In this document: in pieces, positions 43,597-55,405 of the stretch
How positions within the stretch are numbered: position 1 is the stretch's first letter
Layout of the letters: the number at the start of each line of letters is the position of its first letter
Assembly (NCBI RefSeq): GCF_006345805.1
Contig: NC_043007.1
Span: forward strand, 46,376,001-46,440,000
Direction: 5' to 3'
Length of the DNA: 64,000 nt
DNA from: Octopus sinensis
Lineage: Eukaryota
The notes under the pieces: model-generated
Told to the model about the DNA's origin: nothing
Database searches by the model: none
Seen by the model: the letters and a program-made list of their open reading frames with translations, nothing else
Made by a program: the position numbers and the translations under genes

Positions 43597-43640
<44 letters not shown>
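42543..43640 (+). repeat. Near-identical tandem duplication, period 549 bp, bounded by (TA)n
   Basis: tgtttaaataccattattattgcagtac at 42543 and 43092; only a few differences over the unique parts. Confidence 0.92.
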
Positions 43641-43643
<3 letters not shown>

Positions 43644-43929
43644 TTATATGTGTCTTTTTCTCTCTTCTCACTCTCGCTATATGTATATATATATATATAT
43701 ATGTATACACGCACACACACACAAATGCACACGTATATATTAATGAACATACATATATAAAATATGTGCATACCCTCGGTCATATTCTCTTTATGATTAT
43801 CCGTAACATTTTGTATTATTTTCCATATTCTTACTGGTTTGTAATTAATTGAATTTTGTCTAACACTGGATTATCTAAACGAGAGCTAGTTATTACATGA
43901 TATGAGATATTTTAGGTTAATACAGGTGT

Positions 43930-44480
43930 TTCTTCCCCTATTATCAGTTCCAGCTCCAGAGCTACAACCACCGGGTCACTTCCTTTAACTTTGCTACACT
44001 TACTCTCCTTGAAATCTCCTCTGATATGTGGCATTTAGTGAAAGAGTGATTTTGAAGTTGCTGCCCTCTTCTGTTTCCTACCTCGTGATAGCTTCATCCA
44101 CAGCTTTTAACAGGAGACCAGATCTGTTTGGAAGGTAATTCTTATTGCCTCAGTTTTTACCTCTGTAGTCGCAAAGAACTGTAAGGTTTAGCTGTCTTGC
44201 CTGTGCCGTAAGGATTGAGTGTAAGCACTTTGGGATTTTTCATTCAGTACCTCACTGATCCGTATTGGTCTTCCCGTGAGGGAACCATATTTTTGGATGA
44301 GCGACCCTGCCCTCCAGTTCTTGGAAGCTGTTTCCTTTGCATACCTAAATAAGGTTTTATGGTTCAATTTATATATTCGATGACTTAGTCTGCTCTTTCT
44401 TTTACAAAGGAGCGTTTCAGATTTTCTCAATCTCCGGTAGTTTCCAGTGAGGAATTTTCGCCGCCATTGAGTATCCTGTT
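43930..44480 (-). mobile_element. Decayed CR1/L2-like LINE ORF2 segment upstream of RT
   Basis: KLNHKTLFRYAK...GSLTGRPIRISEVLNEKSQSAYT fits the CR1/L2 linker pattern; no RT core seen. Confidence 0.45.
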
Positions 44481-45249
44481 TAGATGGTTTAATATATAAT
44501 TTAATATATACGATGTGTGTGTATATGTGTAAAATACTATGCTTGTCTTCTGCCATTCCCAGGAATGAAAGGAGAAATTCCACTCACAAGATTGGAGAAT
44601 AATAGCATAGTTTTGTTTCTATCGGTCTAATTTGGATCAAGTCCAGTAAAATTTTAGCGGCATGTATCTATTACATGGACATCAATAACTGACCAGCACA
44701 TTATTTTATAGACCTTGAACTGAATAAACGGGAATTACCCTCATGGCATTTAAAAATAAATAAATAAAAATGGTATAAGTGATTATGGTATAAGCGAACA
44801 TGTAGCATGTGTGTAACTTATTTCCAACTGCACCTTAAAAATATTCATGAATTTATATCAAAATACGATATTTTACTTGCATTCATTTACATTTATCATT
44901 GAGAATAAATTCAGTTCCTGTATTTATATGTGAAACGTTACTGATATGTATGTACGTATGTATGTCATTCTTCAGTTTATGTCAAGATTACTTGCCAATA
45001 GAGAAAGAGCCGGTTTCTAATCTAGATTCAAGTCCTGCATTGGAAGTTCAACACCAACGCCAGGGTATGTATTTATGTATGTATATATGGGATAGTACAG
45101 TTTTGTTTCAAGATTTCTTGCAAACAGAGAAAGAGCCAGTTCCTAACCTGGATCCAAGGCTCCTTCATTTGGAATTTTAATATTTTGTGTATGTATTCTC
45201 ATGCATATAGTGCATATCTAGACATGCTCATATATATTTAAATGATAAC

Positions 45250-47860
45250 CTTCTGGAAAATTTTACAGATTTTTACAGTTCCAGTGATGGATTCTGTAGT
45301 CTTCGAATTAGCTTTCTCCTTTCCGGTTTTGAAAAACCTAATTTCTCAAGATTGGTATTTAGGTAGTGTTTTATATATCCCAGGGTCCCAATAATTACAG
45401 GTATAAACATGAACTTGTAATCTGGATTGTTGTGCGTACATTTTCTTGAGGTGTTCACTCGGACATTCTACCAGTACTCTTTTTTATTATGAGTGGCTAT
45501 GGCTTCTACCATACGGTAAGTTCTTATTTCTTTGTCCTTGGGTTTATCCTTCCGACAGTTTTCATTATAGAGTGTCCTAGCTACAATATCATATCTCATC
45601 GGTAGATTATACCGTGATAACATTTTCGGGCAACTGCTTATGATGTGATATCTTCGGTGTTAACATTATACTGCTTTTCCTGCATTTTTATCCCTTTTGT
45701 GCATCAGGTACTTGGTTGATATTTCCTGTTCCTGGATTGCAAACACGTACCTTCAAAGTAGGAGATGATAATCCGGTTATTGGTCCATGATAAGCTTATT
45801 TGATAATCAATGTTACTATCATCTCGGAGCTTTCTACCAACACATCCATGTATAGTCTTCTGCTTATATAGGCTCTCCCTTTGATCTGATGATACACTGC
45901 GTTAGAGTCGTGCAACTTCTTTGAGCATGTATTCTAGATTATCAGACAAAGAATGTCGGTCAAGGAGCTGCCTTCCAAGTCTATGTTGTTATTGGCCTCA
46001 TGTATGCAAATTTGATCAAGGTATGGACTTCGACATTTGGTGGTTAAAAGATGTTGCCGAAGGCATATGATACAACATTCAAAGCCATTTTGGAGTGATC
46101 TAAAGTGTATGCCGCCTTGTTTTCGTTTTAGGTATAGGCGGTCTACGTCACCATTTAAGTGGAAATTATGTGTACATATTATTTTTCGTGTTTTACCATC
46201 ACTGGCTCTGATCTCACCAAGCGTCCAAGAAAGCAGCCCAAATTTTGGTACGAGAACTGGCACTGGAAACATTGTGAGTCACTGATTTATTGAATTCAGA
46301 GAGCTTGGAGGTCCTAATTTTCTTTTTTTCGGCTGTAATATTCTTTAGTGAGACGTGTTGTGTTACAGGTGCCATTGTAAGCTATGTTGTCATCCACTCC
46401 TATATACCTGTAGCATACCTCGTCAGATATCGGGGAAACAGCCAAATCATTGACGAAGATGTTGCTAATCTGATTTACAGTTTCCCCTTTTACACAACCA
46501 TATAACAACATTTATCCTGACCAAACGTCAACCCTACATCCGTTGAGAATCTTGTAACTATATCAAGACTCTTTTGCATCTCGTCCATATTTTCTCCATA
46601 AACTTTCAAGTTATCAAACAAACAAACACTGTGTACATTTGATATTTCTGTTTCCTAGTGAACCAGTGATATATTCTTTAGACTTCCTTATCATGAATGG
46701 CAGGGGTTTACAGAAAGTATAGACAATATCACAGAGAGGCTGTCAACTTGGAATATGCGTTTGCTATACTGTATTCTTTTAGTGATAATACAGTCACTCG
46801 TTGTATTTAATTTCAAGATAGAGGCCAGGTCAGCTCTGGCTTTGACTATTCTCACTGGAACTTTAGCACGTTGAAAGGCCTCTAGCATCCATGAGTGGGG
46901 AACATAGTTACAGGGTTCTTGTAATCTAGCCGCATTGAAATTAGGTTCCCCCTATGTTCCTGCACCTCTGGCATCACAGTTTTAATTAACAATTGCCCAG
47001 CACATCTCTAGACTCTCTACTTCCCTGGTGCTTACTTTGCTGTGATGATACTGGTTTGACAATGGTCCTGGAGGAAGAGATTTGCGCATGCAGTATATAC
47101 CTTTAACATTACATTGTGACATGCTATTGACCGGCAGTGTTTTGCCATGAGGGTCGTTCTGCATTTGGGAATCAATTATATATTTGCCAGAGATAACCAA
47201 TGTCGTATGCTACTATTCCCATTGAGAGCTTGAAGGTAAAGATTACTAAGATATCATTGGTAAAAATTTAACTTCTTGTACAATACCCAACAATCAAGTC
47301 AATTCCAGGTGCTTTTCCATCCTGGAATTTTTGGTTCACAGCTTCAAGATTTCACCATCAATTTTGTATATCTAAGGCGTATCGCAGGAGAAATAATTTC
47401 ATTGGATTTCTTTCAGCCACAGAGCTTCATGGTTAAACACCTATTCACTCAAGATTTTCCTCCAGAATGAGTCTATGTCTTCCCCCGAAGAAGCCTCTTG
47501 ATGTTCACAGCTCCTCCTCCTCTCGTGTCTCTGTATACTGCGGCCTAGTTCCGGTTACTTATATTTTTTTTTGTTCTTCTCTCGATTATTCTCTTCTGAT
47601 GTCGGAGTTTTTCACTGACAGCTTTTAGCTCTTGCTTGAAGGTAATTAGTCTGCAAATGAGTGTTTTCTTTTTGCTTTCTGCAAACATCATTTCTATTTC
47701 CTTCTTTACTTTCTCTTGGTGGTACGTATAGCGATTTGATTGTTTGCACGCAATAAGCCTCATTACCTGGCTGATTGTCTGCCGAAAACCAGTTACCTTT
47801 CTGTCACATTTCAAAACCCATGATGGTACTTTCTTTGTTGTTTCGCTTTTGTTTACGTTT
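45250..47860 (-). mobile_element. Old RLE-type (R4/Dong-like) LINE, antisense, heavily decayed
   Basis: LITFKQELKAVSEKLR, HSW.LEAFQ, YRYIGV, PVPVLVPKFGLLSW...DVDRLYLKRKQGG, SSCPKMLSRYNLPMRYD, FIPVIIGTLG. Confidence 0.8.
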
Positions 47861-47889
47861 TGAATGACATATATCTGTGTGTGTGTGTG

Positions 47890-47920
<31 letters not shown>

Positions 47921-47974
47921 TGTGCGTGTGTGTGTTGCGCATACATTTACTTGAGGTTTTCATTGGGACATTCG

Positions 47975-48172
47975 GCAATAATTTTTTTTTTTATTATGAG
48001 TGGCTATGGCTTATACCATGCTGTGTGTTATTATTTCTTTGTCCTTGTGGTTATCCTTCCGACGCATTTCACTATAGAGTGTCTTAGCTAATGCATCATG
48101 TCTCATCGGTAGGTTATATCCGGATAACATTTCCGGGCAACTGGTTATGATATGGGTGATATCTTCGGTGTG
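47975..48172 (-). mobile_element. Second copy of the zinc-knuckle/RHD segment of the same LINE family
   Basis: Collinear with about 45480-45660; [24 protein letters not shown]. Confidence 0.8.
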
Positions 48173-48372
48173 TGTTTGTGTACATGTATATATATATATA
48201 TATATAGATATATAGATATAGATATGCATACACATACACACAGACATATAATAAATAGACATATATACACATACATACACACATACCTACCTACATACTT
48301 ACCTACCGACCTACATACATACATACATTCATACATATACACATATGTGTTGGTATACATAGATATATATGC

Positions 48373-48440
<68 letters not shown>

Positions 48441-49749
48441 TATATATATATAATATATATATATATATATTATATATATATATATACATATACACATATA
48501 AATACACACAAACACATGCATACATCAGCATGTGCAGATATCTATATGCGGAGTCAATGCATTGATTACATGAGTAAACAGCAGTGGTGAAGGTCCGGTA
48601 TTGTTAAATGAAACATAAATTAATAGTCTTAGTTAGTGTGTAGTTGCATGAGTGTGTATGACTTGTAAATAAGTACTATTGTTTCCGATATTTTTGTACT
48701 GTCTGACTTCTTTGAGCATGTCCAATAGAACTTTGATTGTTTTCTTTCTCACTGTTCTTTATAATCTAATGATTTTTGCTTTTAACTTATCATTGTTTAT
48801 CTTTTTTTCGACGTTGAAACTTGCTTGTAATGTTTTGATGTGTCTCTCCTATGATGAATTCCAGCATATTTTCTCGCACTCTTTGAACATTATTAAATGT
48901 GACTTTATTCCCAATTAACCAGTTGGCCTTTCTCACAAAGTTAAATTCTGCTGCTAGGTGTTTTGCTTTCATGTTCATTCTCCTTTTCTTTCTATATATA
49001 TACATCATATATAACAAAATACAATGAGTTTTCGTTTGTTCTCGAACTGGTAGTCTTAGAATAAATAGAAAATGACAAGAGGTGAGTGAATGTGTGAGAT
49101 TCGTGGAGGTTAAATGCCGTTGCGAGACAGTGAGTTATAATTATATTTAGATCAAATGAAATGCTTTGTAATGGAATGAGTGTCAAAACTTTCAATAAAA
49201 ATGAAACTACAAATATTTCTCTTAATTTCGAAGAAATGGAGAAATAGAAAGAGACAGAGAGAGAGAGAGAAACAGAAACAGAGTGAATAACAAAACATGA
49301 TGTATTCTTCGTAAGTAAAGAAATTAGGGCAAAACAGTATGAATAAACCAAATTCATATACTCATGGATACCAACGGATACAGATATAAGAACACTCACA
49401 TATATGCACGTGCAAATTGACAGTTTTATAAGCAGAGATAATAAATGATTGGATATTTGAGATGAGGGAAGAAGTTATGTGTTTGTTGGGTATATGGGGA
49501 ATTAAAAAGTAGCAAGAAATATCGTTCTGATTTGACTTCATGACACATGAGATGTTATTGCTTGTTTTCTTATTACTCAGTTAGGAAAACATTACGTGAG
49601 ATCCAACAATTATATCAAAGTATGCAAGTACACATACTACATAGGTATATGTATGTGTAAATGGGGGTGCGCGCATGCGTGAGTATTAGTATTTGTGTGG
49701 GCATTTGTGTGTGTGAGTGCGCGCATGTGTGAATGTATATCTATATCTG

Positions 49750-49879
<130 letters not shown>

Positions 49880-50099
49880 GTGTGTGTGTGTTCCGTGGCG
49901 TAAAGTAAATACTGATATAAATGTGCACACAAGAAAACACCCTGTTTATTGTTTACAAGTGCCATTATGTTATTTCAACTGCTTGTAACTCTTTCACAAA
50001 GATGGCACTCTAATCCGCTGTTTGTTATGTTATTTTCACCACATTAGATGAAAGTAGGATTGCACTGAGTGAACATCTCTATCCTTTTCTTCGGGATGA

Positions 50100-50430
50100 T
50101 GAACTCGATAGCGGAAAATGTGGAGACTGTGGAGGCATATTTGAGAGCGGGTTCAGTTAAGCAAACGTGTGAAATTTTTGAAGACAAATTTCTGGAGATA
50201 GGCTTACCGGTGAAGAGTATGACTCAAATGTTAATTAAGAAGCGGTACGCAGCGGCTCAGTGCACGTCAACCGAAAAACAAAGATACCTTACTGTTCAAA
50301 AACCGACAGCTTTCCAGGATATTAGCCGAACGATTACTCGGAGAAGTCACAATTTGCACAGCAGTCTCACGTATGCGTGAAGTCATGTTAAAGGGTGTTG
50401 AAAGGCTAATGTTGAAACTGGGGATGTCTA
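50100..50430 (+). mobile_element. Tc1/mariner N-terminal HTH remnant (DUF4817-like)
   Basis: VEAYLRAGSVKQTCEIFEDKF...PVKSMTQMLIKK; motif recalled, short. Confidence 0.45.
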
Positions 50431-50959
50431 AATATGGTTAGACGTGCAAAGTTGTGTATTTTAATGCCACAGGGTATCATTTCAAAATATCCTATGATGG
50501 TGAGTGTTTACTCTTTACTACGGAAACTGGGCAACGTTTCTCGTGCGCCACCCGCTATTTGCGTTATATGTGTGCAAACTTGTGTGGTGAAATTGTGGTA
50601 CTTTGGTTGGGGTGGGAAGAAAGGGATAAAAAACAAAGAAAAGAAGAAAACCGGGAAGGAAGAAAAGAAACAGACATGAAAGCGAATACAAAGAAGAAAG
50701 GAAGAAAGAAAGAAAGAAAGAGAGAGAGATATAGAGAAAGAAAGGAAGGAAGAAAGAAACCAAGAAATAAAGAAAGAAAAGGGTCTTTTCTAGAATAGTT
50801 GAAAGTGTATTGTGTTCTTTGGTCAATTGTCATGCTACCCAATAGTAGAAAGGGCCCTTTCCTGGAATGGCTGTAGTTGATGACAATTCAAGTTGTCGAT
50901 TTCGTATTAGTCAGTGTTTTTCTTTTTGTAGAAGAAAAATGTACGACAAAGAAGATTTT

Positions 50960-51689
50960 TGACCAAAACTTCAAGAAGTATCTCATTCAAAAGCCTCCTC
51001 GATGATTACTTTATGTTGGGGGAGAAATCAAATAATGATCTACGAATATTCGATAACTTCCCAAACAACTTTCGTCCATCAATCAAACTCATGAAACAAA
51101 CCAATCATAGAGACTTACTATTCCTAGACGTTCACTTAAAAAACACGGGATTTCATAGTAACAGCCGATATATTTTACAACAAAACATTCATCAATACCT
51201 GAACTTCTACTCTTGCCATCCTTCTCATATCACAAGAAATATTCCATATAATATGGTAAGAGGTATCTATGCAATACTAGTTGATCCGAAAATACGTTAA
51301 ATTCGACTCAATCAACTCCAAGCTACCTAAAGAAAGAGAATTACTTCTCGAAATGATAAAAATATAAAGATGAAGAAACTGGACGTCACACAATTGAGCA
51401 CTCTTAAGGAAAAAGAAAATTTAAGAAAATATTATTCCATTTATCAACGCATATAATCCAGCAGTGACCAACGATCTCCACATTATAAGAAAAAAACTAC
51501 TGACACTCATACGAAACTATTGTAGTAAGCGTTACAAAAACTGTAAACGTCACCCAAAATATCTAGAAAAAATATCTCACTAAGGCAAAACTCATATCAG
51601 AGGATATATCAGAATTCTCTATGTATGACTGTGGAAATAATAGATGCGGAATTGTAACAAAAACAGCAACAACAACAAAAACAACAACA

Positions 51690-51760
<71 letters not shown>

Positions 51761-52170
51761 CACTGCTACTACTACTACTACTACTAATCTTACTGCTGCT
51801 GCTACTACTACTACTACAACAATAATTTGGAAACTGCTTCACAAATGAAACTAAGTGTGTATGTTACTCCCAAGTAAATACAGATATGAACTACAAGACA
51901 TAGAGTCTCATATACTGTAGCATAACCGGTTGCGATTGCAAGGAATATTACATTGGCCAAAACAACAATTTCACTGCCAACGTGCAAGAATCCGCACGAC
52001 ACAAAAGGAACTACGCAAAATTCCGCTGAGTAAGCATCTGGAAATTTGTGAAAAGAGCAGATTCAAGACCATTCTTTTTTAGAAATGCCCAAGGGATGAA
52101 CCAGAGTAATGGGAAGCAATGCATCTACATTTAACCAAGAAAGTGTTATCTAAACTAATCGTATAATACA
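50960..52170 (+). mobile_element. Penelope-like element remnant (RT C-half + GIY-YIG) split by an AAC/ACT/GCT microsatellite at about 51660-51822
   Basis: LDDYF, LLFLDV, HQYLNFYSCHPSHITRNIPYN; later LIYC..C..YIGQ...RKIPLSKHLEIC. Confidence 0.8.
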
Positions 52171-52528
52171 AGAAAACAATATATTCATGAACACATGAGA
52201 AATTTTTATTAAAATGTTCTCATTACTCTTACTAAAATAACAGAAACGAATCAATTAAACAACCGACATACAACATACACACTCTCTCATACACATACGC
52301 CTATACACACACATTTATAAAAAAAAAAACTTTACAGATAGATAACATAACAACTGACATGTTGCTAAAGGAAAATTCAGTCATTGAATTGTCATCAGCT
52401 ACAACCATTCCAGGGGAGGACACGTTTTACTGCTGTGTAGCTTGACAAGAGACAAACTATACAATTTTAACCATTGCAGAAAAGGTTCCCTTTCTTTCTT
52501 TCTTTCTTTCTTTCTCTCTTTCTTTCCT

Positions 52529-52560
<32 letters not shown>

Positions 52561-52801
52561 TCCTGTCCTATTGTCCTTCTTGTCTTTTCTTTTTTCTTTC
52601 TAATTATTCCTTGTTCTCCCTTTAAGCATCCCTCCATAATGTATCGCATAACTATTTACACACATTTAGATATAAAAGTAACAAAGAACATTATTTTCTT
52701 AATTCAACTCCATATCTTTTCAACATACACAAACACACATAAATGTATATATATATATATAATATATATATATATAATATATATATATATTATATATATA
52801 T

Positions 52802-52857
<56 letters not shown>

Positions 52858-52860
52858 TAT

Positions 52861-52931
<71 letters not shown>

Positions 52932-53140
52932 AAGAGGCTTCCAAATAGGAAAGCGTTGTGCTAGAAAGAGCAGTAGAAGCCTCTTGGAAGCTTCTTATTG
53001 TATTTCTATATGAATAATATATAGTCTAATGACTAATTCGTTTTTTGTGTTAGGCCACCGGTAATAGTAATTTATTATTACCCTATTTTATTATGTTTAA
53101 ATATATATATATATATATAAATGTATGTATGTATAAAATA

Positions 53141-53674
53141 CAGTGTACATTTAAACACATTAACAGATATCCATCGTAGGGCTCCAGTACGCTAAAGTCG
53201 AAACCATTAATTAAGGATAAAACCTCGAAGGGAATGAAAAATAAAAACATTTACCGTCTATTTCCTGGACTATGGTTTCAGATCTTTTTAGCAAAAAAAG
53301 TAATTTGCCAGGCGAAGTCTTCGTCAATAGGTACGCCAAGATTAAACATATAAGCAAGAGGCAAATCCAGCATGTGTCTCTTCCTTATACATTTTAATCT
53401 TTGAAATACACCGCGCAAGCGCTGTTTTTTTGTTGCTGCCGACAAAAAACTGTGCTTGCGCGGTGGATTTCAAAAAATATAATGTATAAGCAAGAAGCAC
53501 ATGCTGGATTGACCTCGTGCTTATATGTTTAATCCATGAAATAGATGGTAAATGTTTTTATTATTCATTCCCTTCAAGATTTTATCCTTAATTAGTGGTT
53601 TGGACCTAAGCTGTTCCTTCTAGCGTAAGGGAGAACAATGATGGAAACATCTTAATGTGTTGAAATGTACACTG
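53141..53674. mobile_element. 534-bp foldback/MITE with TA-flanked CAGTG termini
   Basis: Arms are reverse-complementary from cagtgtacattt...aaatgtacactg inward to a gctgcc loop at 53435-53440; the left arm has an extra ~70-75 bp. Confidence 0.85.
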
Positions 53675-54354
53675 TATTTTGTATGAGTTATATATAGTCT
53701 AATTTTTCTATACGCTAGGCCACTGGTAGTAAAATTTTCTAAAGTAACATGTAGAAGTTTGGTTGCGTTAATTATTGGTTGTTACAAATTGCTACATTAC
53801 ATATATACAGTCTTTGGTAACAAGGACATTTTAAGGACATAGAAAAGTTCCTTAGAATATTGGGCACAAAAGATTACAACATAAATAATCATTCTCAAGA
53901 ACATGTTTAAGATAGTTTCCAGAAGGAATTATTAAAAAGTTCAGTGGGATATCGGTATTGGTATTGTATCTGTATATTCAAACACGCACAGAATATTGGT
54001 TGACACAGAGTACTACAATACATACGTACACATTCTTTGGTGACAAGCGCATGTTGAGAACATAAAAAGGTTTAATAAATTCATTGAAATATTGGGCAAA
54101 AAGATTACAACAAATTTATTATACATTCTGAAGATAATTTCCAGAAGGACTTATTAAAAATTTCAGTGGAATATTAGTATACACGCACAGAAAATTATGA
54201 GTTCAAAAAGGTTTACCTTATAATAGTAGGAAAGCTAAAACTGACCTGTTCACCATGTTAACGTAAAAGAATATTATCTATTTCAAGGGACACTGTAGGT
54301 ATATTTGGGTGGGGGAAGGAGGAGTAATGTGGAACTGAAAAGAATTTATCTTTT

Positions 54355-55400
54355 TTGTCCCTCCTTCAAGCATCAATAATTTGGGGGATTGGCTTTAGAG
54401 GTCAGGATGGTGTGAGTGTGTGTGTCTTTGTGTGTGTGTATATATATATATGTGGTGTGAATAGTTGTGTATGTGTGTTTGTAAAATCTGGTAGGATGCT
54501 GTGTGTATATTTGTGCCCGTTTGTCAACAGTGTGTGTGTTTTCTTGGTGTTGTGTGCGTGTGTGTATGTATGTATGTGCGTGGATGGCATTTGGCATGGT
54601 GCTGCGTGTGTATATGTGTGTCTGTATGGAGGTCAGAATGGTGTGAGTTTGTGTGTCTTTGTGTGTGTGTATATATATGTATACATGTTTTTGTGTGTTT
54701 GTGGGTTGTTTTTGATTGGTCCCAGGGTCCATTGTGGTGTACATAGATGTGTGATTTTTAAAATTTGGTAGGATGGTGTGTGTATATATGTGTGCCCGTT
54801 TGTGTGTGTGTGTATGTGTGTGGTTAATGTTTGTTAGTGTGTTGCGTGTGCGTTAGTGTGCATGTGTTTGTTCGTATGTGTGTCCATGTCTGCTGGATGT
54901 ATCGGTTTGGCGTGTGTATGTATATGCGTTTTGCGTGTGTTGGTATTGAGTATGTGTTTGTGTGTGTGCGTATATGTGGTGTGAGTGTATGTGTCTTTGT
55001 GTGTGTATATGTCTACATGTGTTTGTGTGTCGGCTGTTCTTGAATGGTCCCATGGTCCATTGTGGTGTAAATAGATATATCTTTTTTTTAGAAATTTGGT
55101 AGGATGGACTGTGTATATATGTGTGCCCGTTTGTCAATCATGTGTGTGATTGTCTTGGTGTTGTGTGTGTGCCCGTTTGTGTGTGTGTGTGTTGTGTATG
55201 TGTGTGGTTAATGTTTGTTAGTGTGTTGCGTGTATGCTAGTGTGTGTATGTGTGTCCATGTGTGTTGGGTTTGTCTGGGTGGCGTGTGTGTGTTTATGCG
55301 TTTTGTGTGTGTTGGTATTGAATCCGTGTTTGTTTGTGTGCGTATATATGGTGCGAGTGTGTGTGTCTTTGTGTGTTTGTTTTGGATGTGTGCCTGGGGG
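54355..55400 (-). repeat. Diverged CA/GT-rich tandem repeat (about 3 units, ~280-330 bp) directly 3' of the Penelope ORF
   Basis: aaat(c/t)tggtaggatg at about 54484, 54761 and 55092; ggtccattgtggtgta twice; gtgtgtggttaatgtttgttagtgtgttgcgtg twice. Confidence 0.8.
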
Positions 55401-55405
55401 GTATG

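Noticed and set aside
36349-43852. YI/HT/CV-rich ORFs
   Set aside because: Translations of (TA)n, (CA)n and (TG)n microsatellites.
48560-49017. Lys/Arg-rich minus-strand frame, possible retroelement N-terminus
   Set aside because: No diagnostic motif recognised.
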